Numbered from the stretch's first letter, positions 29,454 to 39,508 are shown. The stretch is DNA of 51,831 bases from an uncultured Gammaproteobacteria bacterium (GCA_964618685.1 CAZUBL010000001.1:6705-58535), one strand, 5' to 3'. Numbers and translations: made by a program. The notes: generated from the sequence alone by a model not told the origin.

Positions 29454-31265
29454 ATGTCAAAAACAATAAAGTACTTTTTTGCAGTTGTCTTCTTTTTTAT
29501 ATTTCTTCCGTTATTGTTGAGCGTTAAAGCTGCCGATTTTCAAACGAGCTATCGAGTCGTCTATGAGCTCAAAGAAGAGGGAAATAATATTAATTCCAGG
29601 GCTAACTTTTTGATTTCGATCACTAATACAAGGTCTGATGTCTACGTCAACAAATTCGCGATTTCTTTTCCCAAATCTTTTACAATAAGCAACCTTAAAG
29701 TAACTGATGATAAAGGTGAAGTCAAACCTACGGTAGAAGTCGATGATGCCTACAACAAGATTGGCATGGAGTTCAATGACCCAAATATAGGTCGGGGGAG
29801 CGTTAATAACTTCAGGCTTAGTTTTGATCAGGCGAACCTTTTTAAAGTCAACGGAAACGTTTGGGAAGTCATCCTGCCGGTTATCGAAAACCGTGGGGAC
29901 AGCTCTTATGATGTAACCGTTCTACTTCCTGAAGCCAGCACCAGGAAGATATCGATTGCCAAACCCAGGCCTTCGGAAATCAGCGGACGGGAAATCAAAT
30001 GGGCTAATCCGACAACAAGGACGATTTATGCGGTTTTCGGCGAAAGCCAATTATACGAAGTTAATTTGGCCTATCATTTGAAAAACAATAACCTGACTTC
30101 GGCCAATGCTGAGGTTGCTTTTCCTCCAGATACCCTTTACCAGAAAATAATTCTTGAATCTATTTCTCAGCAACCGATAAAAACCTACCAGGATGAAGAC
30201 GGTAATTTTATGGCCGTATTCAACCTCAAACCCAAGGAAACTAGGACAATCAACGTCGATTTTTTAGTTGAGGTATTTACCGAACCCCGTGAAGAAGTTA
30301 TTCCCCAAATAAGGTCAGCTTTCAATAGACAGAGATCATACCTTTTGAATTCCCAGAAATACTGGGAGATAAAAAGCCTTGAAAAGATTGCGCCCCTTAA
30401 AACCGTTGAAGACATCTATTACCACGTTGCCAAGACGCTTGACTACTCGTACGAGAGGGTGAATACCGACAGTATCAGGCTGGGGGCGGAAAAAATCCTT
30501 CAGACTCCTAATATAGCTGTCTGTATGGAGTTTACTGACCTTTTTGTTGGGATAGCCCGCGAGAAGGGCATTTATGCTCGTGAAATCGAGGGTTATGGCT
30601 CCTCCTCTGATCCTCAACTTCGACCGCTCTCCCTGTCGTCTGACGTTCTTCACGCTTGGCCGGAATTCTATGATGAAAAAGCCGGCTTATGGAGACCGGT
30701 TGATCCGACCTGGGAAAACACGTCAGGAATAGACTATTTCGGTTCTTTCGATTTGAACCATATCGTGTTTGCGATCCACGGCAAGAGTTCAGAGTATCCG
30801 CTTCCCGCCGGCATGTACAAAGTGGAAAACTCAAAGGATATTGAGGTGACCGCGGTAACGTCACGCCCCAAGGAGCAAGAGGAAATAGGCGTTGCCGATA
30901 TTACAATCGCAACGAGAATTTCAGGCAATAAAAGCCATAAAGGCGAATTCTCTATTAAGAATTCAGGAAACGTATATGCTTGGAATATCCCGGTCGAAAT
31001 AGTTGCAAAAGGGTTGAATATTTCCAATTCAAAGACCGATATCGTTTCATTGGCTCCTGGTGAAAAAAAGGAAATATCTTTTGATTACCAAGCACTTGAG
31101 GACGAAAAATCACAAGACATGAATCTAAAGGTCATGATTCGGGATCATGAACTGTTTAACCGGAAGATAACCATAGCCACAATCGGGACCGACTTCATAA
31201 TTATAGCTGCCGGCGGATTAATAGCATTAATTGCCCTGGTTTTTGTCGTCAGGAAATTCAGATAA
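29454..31265 (+). CDS. Surface-anchored transglutaminase-like domain protein
   Basis: Signal peptide, CMEFTDLF...HAWPEFY...W.PVDPTW (Cys-His-Asp), Ig/CARDB-like domain, C-terminal TM. Confidence 0.85.
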   Translation: MSKTIKYFFAVVFFFIFLPLLLSVKAADFQTSYRVVYELKEEGNNINSRANFLISITNTRSDVYVNKFAISFPKSFTISNLKVTDDKGEVKPTVEVDDAYNKIGMEFNDPNIGRGSVNNFRLSFDQANLFKVNGNVWEVILPVIENRGDSSYDVTVLLPEASTRKISIAKPRPSEISGREIKWANPTTRTIYAVFGESQLYEVNLAYHLKNNNLTSANAEVAFPPDTLYQKIILESISQQPIKTYQDEDGNFMAVFNLKPKETRTINVDFLVEVFTEPREEVIPQIRSAFNRQRSYLLNSQKYWEIKSLEKIAPLKTVEDIYYHVAKTLDYSYERVNTDSIRLGAEKILQTPNIAVCMEFTDLFVGIAREKGIYAREIEGYGSSSDPQLRPLSLSSDVLHAWPEFYDEKAGLWRPVDPTWENTSGIDYFGSFDLNHIVFAIHGKSSEYPLPAGMYKVENSKDIEVTAVTSRPKEQEEIGVADITIATRISGNKSHKGEFSIKNSGNVYAWNIPVEIVAKGLNISNSKTDIVSLAPGEKKEISFDYQALEDEKSQDMNLKVMIRDHELFNRKITIATIGTDFIIIAAGGLIALIALVFVVRKFR

Positions 31266-32545
31266 TGGTCACCAAAAGCGAATTGAAACATCTCCCCTCC
31301 ACGTTCGGCGTTTACCTTTTTAAGAAAGGGAAGGAAATCATTTACGTAGGTAAATCCATCAACATTAAAGCCAGAGTGTATTCCCATCTGGAAAATGCTA
31401 GGCTGGATAGGAAAGAGTTCCTCATTGTCTCAAACGCCGACAAAGTCGAATCTATTGAAACCGAAAACGAGTTCAAGGCTCTTATTTTGGAGTCCTTTCT
31501 TATCCAGGAGCATACCCCAAAATACAACGTCAGATGGCGGGACGACAAAAGCTATTTATACGTTAAGATAACGGCCAGTGAAGAATTCCCCAAAGTCCTG
31601 GTAAGCCGAAAGGAATCTGATCGAAAATCTCATTATTTTGGGCCTTTTTCCTCAAGTACAGAAGTCAGGAATTTGATTGCCGATATCAGGCGAATCGTTC
31701 CCTTCTGTACCCAACAAAGAACGGGCAAGCGGAGATGCTTTTATTCTAAGATTCAACTCTGCGATCCCTGCCCGAGTGCAATTGTCGGGTTAAAAGACAA
31801 AAAAGATTACGAATCTAAGAAAACAGAGTATAGAAACAATATTGCGAGAGTAAAACGGATATTGCGAGGTTCGGTCAACGGATTGTTGGCTGATCTTTAT
31901 CGTGATTTGAAAAAGCTGACTCGCGAAGAGAATTACGAAGAAGCAATCAGAACAAGGAATAGGATATTCAGAATGGAAAGATTGATCCACTATCCGTTAA
32001 CCTCGCACGAGAATGCGCTTAAAAATGACGCGGATTCCAAAAAGTTCCTTATCGACATACTCTTACCGTTCTTCCCTAGCTTAAAGAAATTAGAAAGAAT
32101 TGAGGCTTATGACATCAGCAATCTCGGTGAAAAAAACCAGACCGCGTCGATGGTGGTTGCGCTTAACGGCCGAATTGACAAAAGCCAATACCGCCGTTTC
32201 CGGATAAAGACGCCGGGACTCAAAAGCGATTTTGATAGGTTGAGGGAGGTTGTAACCCGCCGGATGAATCAGAAATGGTCGACCCCAGACCTCATTGTCG
32301 TTGACGGTGGCGAACCGCAGGTCACGGCCGTTCTTGAAGTCCTAAACTCGTTGAAGCGCGCGATCCCGCTTATAGGAATTGCCAAAAATCCCGACAGGTT
32401 GGTTATAGGGGTTGACGGGCTAAAAACCATCAGGCCAGCAATAGATAATCCCGGATTCAGCCTTATAAGGCTCATTCGTGATGAGTCACACCGTTTTGCA
32501 CGAAAATATCACCTTCAGCTAAGGGAGCGGGATTTTTTGCTATAA
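31265..32545 (+). CDS. uvrC: Excinuclease ABC subunit C (short, no HhH tail)
   Basis: GVYLF..IYVGKS GIY-YIG, Cys cluster, UVR, IEAYDISN, DGG, RDESHRFA. Confidence 0.93.
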   Translation: MVTKSELKHLPSTFGVYLFKKGKEIIYVGKSINIKARVYSHLENARLDRKEFLIVSNADKVESIETENEFKALILESFLIQEHTPKYNVRWRDDKSYLYVKITASEEFPKVLVSRKESDRKSHYFGPFSSSTEVRNLIADIRRIVPFCTQQRTGKRRCFYSKIQLCDPCPSAIVGLKDKKDYESKKTEYRNNIARVKRILRGSVNGLLADLYRDLKKLTREENYEEAIRTRNRIFRMERLIHYPLTSHENALKNDADSKKFLIDILLPFFPSLKKLERIEAYDISNLGEKNQTASMVVALNGRIDKSQYRRFRIKTPGLKSDFDRLREVVTRRMNQKWSTPDLIVVDGGEPQVTAVLEVLNSLKRAIPLIGIAKNPDRLVIGVDGLKTIRPAIDNPGFSLIRLIRDESHRFARKYHLQLRERDFLL

Positions 32546-32552
32546 TTGATCA

Positions 32553-32921
32553 ATGAAAAAGATATTCAGGATGTTGGTTTTTTCCGCAGCAGCCCTTTAT
32601 TTGACAGCCCTATGGAATCAGGGTTTTTCAATTCAAGCAGACTGGCTTGTGTATTTTAAGGCGGCCTTGATAAGTGCGGTTATTTATTATTTGATTAGGC
32701 CAATCACCAAACTGGTGCTTTTGCCTTTAAATATTATTACCATGGGATTGGTGTCGGTAGCCGTTTATTGCCTTGTTTTCTATTTCGTAACTAGCTTTTT
32801 TTCGCTCATCGCAATTGAGGGTTGGGTTTTTCAAAGCATAGGGATTTCGCAGACCGCCAATATTTTTGTTTCAGCACTGTCGGTCTCGACAATTATTAAT
32901 TCTTTAGAACACATTTTATGA
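32553..32921 (+). CDS. 4-TM membrane protein, phage holin-like (YvlD) family
   Basis: IRPITKLVLLPLNIITMGL motif. Confidence 0.8.
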   Translation: MKKIFRMLVFSAAALYLTALWNQGFSIQADWLVYFKAALISAVIYYLIRPITKLVLLPLNIITMGLVSVAVYCLVFYFVTSFFSLIAIEGWVFQSIGISQTANIFVSALSVSTIINSLEHIL

Positions 32922-33136
32922 AGGATATCTTATTGGTCGTTAACATAATTTTTTCGGTAATTATCGTTGTATTGATTCTTGTCCAGGGCAAGGGCGCCGG
33001 ACTCGGAAGTGCCTGGGGAGGTGGGGGAGAAATGTATTCAACCCGCCGGGGAGTCGAAAAGGTCATCCTTTGGTTGACTTCGATTGCGATTGCGGTTTTT
33101 CTCATAGTCTCCCTGGTGAACCTTTTTGTTAAATGA
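32918..33136 (+). CDS. secG: Preprotein translocase subunit SecG
   Basis: LILVQGKGAGLGSAWGG...TRRGVEK, two TMs. Confidence 0.92.
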   Translation: MKDILLVVNIIFSVIIVVLILVQGKGAGLGSAWGGGGEMYSTRRGVEKVILWLTSIAIAVFLIVSLVNLFVK

Positions 33137-34500
33137 ATAATAAATTTTTTCGTTACTACTATTGGTTGATCCTGGAGTTTTTCAAAAAACACGGACGCCT
33201 GATGGTCGTTAGTTTTTTCATAAGCTTTGTCGGCATAATCGGATTCCTTTCGGTATCCCCCTTCATTAAGACGGCTCTGACCCCGGAAGAAGTAATTGGA
33301 CTTATTGGTAATTATACCGTCGAGAGTCCGCCGGAGGAGATCGTCAATAGAATTTCAAACGGTCTGGTGACGGTCACCGATAAGGGTGAGATAATTCCGG
33401 TCATTGCCAATTCCTGGGAGATCAAGGAAAGCGGTCGGGAGTACCGCTTCCACCTCAAGGATAATCTGGTATGGAGCAATAACAAAAAATTTTCTGCCAG
33501 CGATATCTCGTATCAGTTCAAAGACGTTGAGGTTATTCCGGTTGACGATAAGACCGTTGACTTCTCTATAAAAACGGCCCTGGCTATATTTCCGACATAC
33601 CTCAACAGGCCACTCATCAAATATCCAATGCTCGGCGTTGCCGGGTTTTACAAAACGGGAAAAATAAAGACCCAATACGGATACCTCAAGGAAGTCTATC
33701 TCATACCCAACACAAAGAACCTAACCCCAATAAGGTATAAGTTTTACAATAACGAATCGCAACTTGTAAATGCGTATAAAAAGGGAGAGGTCAACAAGAT
33801 AACCTTAACTAAAAAATCGGTCGCTGACACTTTTCTCACTTGGAAAAATTCAACTGTCGAAAAGGCCGTTGATCATTCCAGGCTTCTGACGCTTTTTTTC
33901 AATTCGGAGAACCCAAACCTTACCAATAAGAACGTCAAAGACGCAATCGCCTTGGCGTTTGATTACCAAGAGCTTTCCGAGTTTGGTGAGATTGCTAAGG
34001 GACCGATTCAACCGACTTCCTGGGCATATAACCCAAACCTTAAAAGCCCGAACTACGACATCTCAAACGCCGAAAAGATTATAAAAAATGAAATACCCGC
34101 AAGCCAATCGGCCTCCTTGAACTTCGTTACTTCATATGACTATTACGACGTTGCCGAACAGTTGTCGGAAAAGCTTGAAACGGTCGGACTCGCCAATGAA
34201 TTGAATTTTTCGAGTTTCGGAGGCTCGGCTCCTTTTGATTTGTTTCTTGCCTATTGGAATGTTCCTAAAGACCCTGACCAGTATTACTTCTGGCACTCCA
34301 CCCAGTCCGTCAAAAGCGGAGGAGGTAACATCGGCGAGTATAAAAACGTTAGGATCGACAGTCTTCTGGAGCAGGGAAGGGGTACGATAAATCTTGAAGA
34401 ACGTGAAAAATCATATTTTGACTTTCAAAAAAACATTCAGGACGACCCGCCGGCGGTTTTCCTTTACTATCCTTACGTATATACCATTAAAAGGAAGTAA
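33133..34500 (+). CDS. ABC transporter substrate-binding protein, family 5 (OppA-like)
   Basis: GLV..P.IA.SW...Y.F.LK....WS, DPDQYYFWHS, D.P.VFLY; N-terminal TM. Confidence 0.82.
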   Translation: MNNKFFRYYYWLILEFFKKHGRLMVVSFFISFVGIIGFLSVSPFIKTALTPEEVIGLIGNYTVESPPEEIVNRISNGLVTVTDKGEIIPVIANSWEIKESGREYRFHLKDNLVWSNNKKFSASDISYQFKDVEVIPVDDKTVDFSIKTALAIFPTYLNRPLIKYPMLGVAGFYKTGKIKTQYGYLKEVYLIPNTKNLTPIRYKFYNNESQLVNAYKKGEVNKITLTKKSVADTFLTWKNSTVEKAVDHSRLLTLFFNSENPNLTNKNVKDAIALAFDYQELSEFGEIAKGPIQPTSWAYNPNLKSPNYDISNAEKIIKNEIPASQSASLNFVTSYDYYDVAEQLSEKLETVGLANELNFSSFGGSAPFDLFLAYWNVPKDPDQYYFWHSTQSVKSGGGNIGEYKNVRIDSLLEQGRGTINLEEREKSYFDFQKNIQDDPPAVFLYYPYVYTIKRK

Positions 34501-34548
34501 AAGTTCGGGCAAAAATGATATAATTTATGGGTCTTGATAGTATGACAT

Positions 34549-34634
34549 GTCGGGGTGGCGGAATTGGCAGACGCGCTAGCTTGAGGGGCTAGTTCCCATC
34601 AAAAGGAGTGGAGGTTCAAGTCCTCTCCCCGACA
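34549..34634 (+). tRNA. tRNA-Leu(GAG)
   Basis: Acceptor GTCGGGG/CCCCGAC-A, anticodon arm CTAGC-TT-GAG-GG-GCTAG, variable arm, GGTTCAAGTCC. Confidence 0.95.
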
Positions 34635-34711
34635 CACAACCTCAAAGCTCTTCAAATAATACCCATAATCCGCTACAATGAAATCATTAGTAGTTTCTAT
34701 GTATATATCCT

Positions 34712-35470
34712 ATGTTCAGCTTAAAAAATAGAAACGCGTTAGTGACTGGTGGGTCAAGGGGAATCGGTCGGGGGATAGTCCTCGCTTTAGCCGAAGCCGG
34801 TGCCAACGTCGCTATTAACTACCATTCGAAAAAGGAAGAAGCAGATAAGTTGGCCTTAGAAATTCAGGCTTTGGGCGTTAAGGGTATTGCGGTTGCCGGT
34901 GACGTCTCCAATAAAGATGAAGTGGCCTCAATGTTCGGTCAAGTAAAAGAGCAGTTTGGGGAACTTAATATTCTTGTGAATAACGCTGGAGTTGTTACAA
35001 TGGGGACAATCGATAAATTAACAGAAGAGGATTGGGACAGAGTTGTTGATACAAACCTTAAGGGACACTTTTTATGCATAAAGGAAGCTTTAAAGATTAT
35101 GCCCAAAGGCGGTAAAATTGTTAGCATTTCTTCTATCGCCTCAGGAGGAGTCGGCGTCGGTTTCGGCAATATCGCCCACTACGCCGCCTCAAAAGGTGGA
35201 GTCGTTGGCATGGTCGAAGATCTGGCAATTGAGCTTGGACCCAGAGGTATTAATATCAACGCAATAGGTCCAGGAGTCATCGAGACCGATATGACTCAAG
35301 GCATATTGTCTGATGAGAAAACAAAAGCGGGTATGTTGTCGAGGATTCCCAAGGGGAGAGTCGGCAAGGCCCTGGATATAGGATATGCGACGGTGTTTTT
35401 GGCATCCGATGAGGCCGATTACATAACCGGCATCACATTATACGTTGACGGTGGCTGGTTATCTCAATGA
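34712..35470 (+). CDS. Classical SDR oxidoreductase (FabG/glucose dehydrogenase-like)
   Basis: TGGSRGIG, NNAG, YAASK, ITG..L.VDGG. Confidence 0.92.
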   Translation: MFSLKNRNALVTGGSRGIGRGIVLALAEAGANVAINYHSKKEEADKLALEIQALGVKGIAVAGDVSNKDEVASMFGQVKEQFGELNILVNNAGVVTMGTIDKLTEEDWDRVVDTNLKGHFLCIKEALKIMPKGGKIVSISSIASGGVGVGFGNIAHYAASKGGVVGMVEDLAIELGPRGININAIGPGVIETDMTQGILSDEKTKAGMLSRIPKGRVGKALDIGYATVFLASDEADYITGITLYVDGGWLSQ

Positions 35471-35471
35471 T

Positions 35472-36521
35472 ATGACCTTAACGGAACTGTCTTATTACGT
35501 GCGGCGAGCTATGCCATTTGTAGTCCTTTTCGGGCTGGTTTTTTTGATCATTTTTTATTCTTTTAAGCTATATTTCATATACCTTGAAGCTAACCGCACC
35601 GATGCGACCTTTACAAAAATTACATTTGGGAGGATCGAGCCCCCGAGGCTTACGGAGGCAACTTCATCGGCAGGTTTTGATTTCACCCTTGATACTATCG
35701 AAGGCGTGCCCGTAACGGCAACGGCTGCAGCGACTGTTTATTTCATGCCGGAAATCCCAACGAGATTCGGATATCGGGAAAAAATCTACCTTATGGCCAA
35801 GACTTTCGGTTATGATACCGAAGTTGTCAAACACAAGCTCGACGGTAAAATAGCCACTTTCGAGGACAATGGAACGAAGCTGTCTATCGATATAGGCAAC
35901 TTTAACTTTAAGTATGTAAACAACGTCATTGAAACCGACTCGCTTATGACGGGATCGATTACCCTTTCAAAGACTAATATTATTAACAAGGCGGTAGATT
36001 TCTTAAAATCCACCGGTCGATATCCCGACGAGCTGTCACGAGGCACCACCAACCTGATTTACCTTAAATATGATCCGGCGCACGGTGATTTTGTCAATGT
36101 TCAAAGAGCTTCAGAGGCCTCAGCCGTGGAAGTAGATTTTTACAGACCGACGGTTGGGGATATAGCAGTTACGACTCCAAAATTTTTTAACAGCCACAAC
36201 TACGTCATCATGAATTTTGATAAGGGGGAACCAAATATAATCCGTGCCCAGATGGCATTTTTTGACAAGTCAGAAGAGCAGACAGGCGTTTACCCATTGA
36301 GAACCGGTGAAGAGGCCTGGATGAAGCTTAAAGCTGGTCAGGGTAAGATAGTCGCCGGACGCGCTGGGACAAAATCGGTAACGATAAAAAAAATGTTTAC
36401 AGCCTATCTTGATCCCGATGTTTACCAGACATACTTCCAGCCGGTATATGTCTTTCTGGGTGACGACGATTTTGTCGCTTACGTAACCGCAATCAAAGAC
36501 GAATATCTTCTTGACCAATAA
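35472..36521 (+). CDS. Conserved hypothetical membrane-anchored protein
   Basis: 349-aa ORF from ATG 35472, single N-terminal TM, C-terminal AY.D....YFQPVYVF motif. Confidence 0.7.
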   Translation: MTLTELSYYVRRAMPFVVLFGLVFLIIFYSFKLYFIYLEANRTDATFTKITFGRIEPPRLTEATSSAGFDFTLDTIEGVPVTATAAATVYFMPEIPTRFGYREKIYLMAKTFGYDTEVVKHKLDGKIATFEDNGTKLSIDIGNFNFKYVNNVIETDSLMTGSITLSKTNIINKAVDFLKSTGRYPDELSRGTTNLIYLKYDPAHGDFVNVQRASEASAVEVDFYRPTVGDIAVTTPKFFNSHNYVIMNFDKGEPNIIRAQMAFFDKSEEQTGVYPLRTGEEAWMKLKAGQGKIVAGRAGTKSVTIKKMFTAYLDPDVYQTYFQPVYVFLGDDDFVAYVTAIKDEYLLDQ

Positions 36522-36549
36522 CTTCGAAGATATAGAGCGAAGGTGGGGA

Positions 36550-37455
36550 TTATGGGTTTATGTAGTCGATATTTTCTTCAATCCATGTAACGATGTTTCT
36601 CGTGTCCTGAAAACGATCAAGGCTTTTGAGGATAACGATCAGGAATTGGTGTCCGTTTTTCTTGTAGAAAGAAATAAGGTTTTCCCCGGCTTCCTCAGTA
36701 TATCCGGTCTTTAAACCCCCGATTCCTGCGATCTCCCCCAAGAGCCGATTGACATTCGAGAGACGGTGAAAGTATTTGAAATCCGTATCCGATATAGTTA
36801 TCTCCTTGGTTGAGACGATTTTAGCCAAATACTTGTCCTTGAGAAGTTCACGGGCCGCCAGAGCTAAGTCAAAGGGCGAGGAATATTGGTTTCCGTTATC
36901 CAAGCCCGCCGGATTTGAAAAATGACTGTCTTTCATATCCAGACTTTCCGCCTTTTTGTTCATCAAGTTGATGAATTCTTCAAACCCGTAATGATCCGCC
37001 AAAGCGTACGCGGCGTCGTTTCCAGAATGGACGAGAATCCCGTAAAGAAGATTTTCAACAGTAATATTTTCGCCTTCGACAAGACCCATTGTCTGCCCTT
37101 CACTCATAACCTTATTAACAACAATTACCTGGTCAGGGTCGTAAACATCAAGGGCGACCATGGCGGTTATCATTTTGGTGGTTGAGGCCGGGAGCAGTCG
37201 CTCATTTTTATTTCTCTGAAGAACCGGCGTAAAGGAAGGCAGGTCAACAACATAAACCCCTGCGGCCGTGGTTTCGGGAAAATAAAGGGCGTTTTTGAGA
37301 TAGGGGATCGGGTTTATTTTCGGCTCGACTTTTTTTTCCTTTTCTTCAAACGCAGGGCGGTTGTAGGCGAAAATATGGAAGTAATAAGAGTCACCCGGAT
37401 AAAAAAGAAACAGCAAGGCAAAGAATGTGAGAAAAAAATAGAATCTGGTTTTCAT
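36550..37455 (-). CDS. D-alanyl-D-alanine carboxypeptidase (peptidase S11)
   Basis: ASTTK (SxxK), SGN (SxN), KTG. Confidence 0.93.
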   Translation of the reverse strand: MKTRFYFFLTFFALLFLFYPGDSYYFHIFAYNRPAFEEKEKKVEPKINPIPYLKNALYFPETTAAGVYVVDLPSFTPVLQRNKNERLLPASTTKMITAMVALDVYDPDQVIVVNKVMSEGQTMGLVEGENITVENLLYGILVHSGNDAAYALADHYGFEEFINLMNKKAESLDMKDSHFSNPAGLDNGNQYSSPFDLALAARELLKDKYLAKIVSTKEITISDTDFKYFHRLSNVNRLLGEIAGIGGLKTGYTEEAGENLISFYKKNGHQFLIVILKSLDRFQDTRNIVTWIEENIDYINP

Positions 37456-39305
37456 TTAGAGAAATTTGCTAACGTCGGGTTGACTAGCTTTAAAAAATCC
37501 TTGTAACGCATCTCGACAGATACGGTGTGAGATCCGGCGTTGAATGACATTTTTTCGTTTTCCTCAAACTTTTTGTCAAGGTAAAGAGGAATGTTGAAGA
37601 GGTTCCCAAATGGCGGGACAGCGCCGATTCCGACTTCCGTAATTTGCTTAACCTCATCCGGGGTCGCCATGCGGAGATCCTTAACCCCAAGCGTTTCCTT
37701 GAGGAGTTTAGTATCGGCTTTAAGGTGGGCGGGAAGGACGACCATAATGGGTTTCTTCTCGGCGACCATTACAAGCGCCTTAGCTCCTTCTTCAAGCTTA
37801 GTTCTTCGGGCATCGGACGCTTCCTGGGAAGTCATTACTTCCTTGTGGTCGATTCTCCTATATTCAACTTTATTCTGTTCGAGCATTTTAACAATTCGCT
37901 CCAAAACCGTTAATTTGTTTTCGTTTGCAGACTGCGTAGATCGAAGCTTTATCCCAAGTTCGGTAAGCTTTTCGTCCTTTACAATCGATGGGGCTTTCAT
38001 AACCGAAGTCCTGCCACCCGACGTCATTGGGTAGGCGATTACTTCCCTCAATGACGGTTCACCGGTTATACAGGTTAAGAGGCGATCCAATCCCGGAGCA
38101 ATTCCTCCATGGGGAGGAGCACCGTAAGATAAGGCTTCGATCATATGTCCGAACTTTAGGTTTATTTCTTCTTGACTCAACCCCATTATTTCAAACACCG
38201 ACCTCAACCCTTCCGGGGTGTGATTCCTAATACTGCCTCCTCCGACCTCATAACCATTACAAACAAGATCGTATTGCGAAGTCAAAATTTTATCGATGTT
38301 CTTCTTTTCCAAAAGGTCTTTCATATGTTGGGGAAGGGGGGCTGAGAAAGGATTATGGGTGAATGTCCACCCGCCGGTGTCCGTTTTCTCAAAAAAAGGA
38401 AAGTCAATAACCCAGGCGAAAGCCTGGATATTTTTTTTCTTTTCTTCGGGAGTTCGCATATCGAATTTGTCGGCCCCGAATTTCTTTACGGCCTCATCAT
38501 ACGTGAATACCGGAAAGGGAGTTTCTTTTATGGGTACATTAAGTTTTTCGTAAACGGCAATGATCATCGCTTCTACAAGATTCATAACATCTTCCCTCTC
38601 AACAAAGCTCATTTCAAGGTCAAGTTGTGTGAACTCTCCGTAAGCTCGGTCGGCTCTCGGGTCTTCGTCTCTGAAGCATCTGGCGATCTGGAAATATTTT
38701 TCGACCCCGCCGACCATGAGAAGTTGTTTATACTGTTGTGGCGACTGGGGAAGGGCATAAAACTTTCCAGGCTGTAGACGGGAGGGGACAATGAAGTCTC
38801 GAGCTCCCTCGGGAGTTGTTTCCGAAAGTATGGGTGTCTCAATCTCAAGAAACCCCTGACCAAAAAGGTGTTGCCGTATTAGTTCGATGAACTTGCTTCT
38901 TAAAGCCAGGTTCCTGTACATTCTCGGCCGCCTGATATCAAGGTAGCGGTATTTAAGCCTTACTTCTTCGTCGATCTCCCGGCCATCGGTTGTTACTGGT
39001 AAGGGGAGAGCCTTTGTCTTATTAAGAATTTTCATTTCCTTGGCTTCGACCTCGATTGATCCGGTTTTGATCTTCGAATTGACTAGCTTCTCCGGTCTTT
39101 CCCTTACCTCGCCTTTTATCCAGACGACGTCTTCTTCGGATAAATCCTTAAAATCTTCTCCTCCCACAACCTGGACGGTTCCGGTTCTGTCACGAAGGTC
39201 GACAAAAACAATTTTTTTATGATCGCGTTTGGAGTCTATCCAACCGAAAAGCTCGACAACTTCTCCGACTTTTTCAACCAGATTTTCTACAAATAGTGTT
39301 TTCAT
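37452..39305 (-). CDS. aspS: Aspartate--tRNA(Asp/Asn) ligase lacking GAD domain, fused to C-terminal YbaK/ProX-type domain
   Basis: RDH..F.DLRD, RLKYRYLDIR, PEGARDF, LPQSPQ, FRDED, GGGSIR, GAPPHGGIAPGLDR; tail GAKALV...GAVPPFG...FNAG. Confidence 0.95.
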   Translation of the reverse strand: MKTLFVENLVEKVGEVVELFGWIDSKRDHKKIVFVDLRDRTGTVQVVGGEDFKDLSEEDVVWIKGEVRERPEKLVNSKIKTGSIEVEAKEMKILNKTKALPLPVTTDGREIDEEVRLKYRYLDIRRPRMYRNLALRSKFIELIRQHLFGQGFLEIETPILSETTPEGARDFIVPSRLQPGKFYALPQSPQQYKQLLMVGGVEKYFQIARCFRDEDPRADRAYGEFTQLDLEMSFVEREDVMNLVEAMIIAVYEKLNVPIKETPFPVFTYDEAVKKFGADKFDMRTPEEKKKNIQAFAWVIDFPFFEKTDTGGWTFTHNPFSAPLPQHMKDLLEKKNIDKILTSQYDLVCNGYEVGGGSIRNHTPEGLRSVFEIMGLSQEEINLKFGHMIEALSYGAPPHGGIAPGLDRLLTCITGEPSLREVIAYPMTSGGRTSVMKAPSIVKDEKLTELGIKLRSTQSANENKLTVLERIVKMLEQNKVEYRRIDHKEVMTSQEASDARRTKLEEGAKALVMVAEKKPIMVVLPAHLKADTKLLKETLGVKDLRMATPDEVKQITEVGIGAVPPFGNLFNIPLYLDKKFEENEKMSFNAGSHTVSVEMRYKDFLKLVNPTLANFSK

Positions 39306-39406
39306 AATGGATTTTCTTATGATACAATCTTTTGTTCCTATTAACAAGGAATAATGTTTTCTTACATATTATAGGATTTAAATATGTATAATATTACTGA
39401 ATTAAT

Positions 39407-39463
39407 ATGAAAAACAATTTTGTCAGGATTATGAAACTATACACCCGATGCGAGCGGTGGTAA
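39407..39463 (+). CDS. Putative leader peptide MKNNFVRIMKLYTRCERW
   Basis: 18-codon ORF after TATAAT (39387-39392); its last codons form the 5' arm of an antiterminator. Confidence 0.5.
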   Translation: MKNNFVRIMKLYTRCERW

Positions 39464-39508
39464 TTTGTTTTTTATAAATAATTACCCTGCCGGAAGGCGG
39501 GTTTTTTT
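39454..39508 (+). promoter_or_regulatory. Attenuator: mutually exclusive antiterminator and intrinsic terminator
   Basis: GCGG(T)GGTAATT 39454-39465 pairs with AATTACC-CTGC 39480-39490; terminator CCTGCC-GGAA-GGCGGG-T7 at 39486-39508. Confidence 0.7.

Noticed and set aside
32553-32921. Holin as evidence of a prophage
   Set aside because: YvlD-type membrane proteins are common chromosomal genes; neighbours are uvrC and secG.
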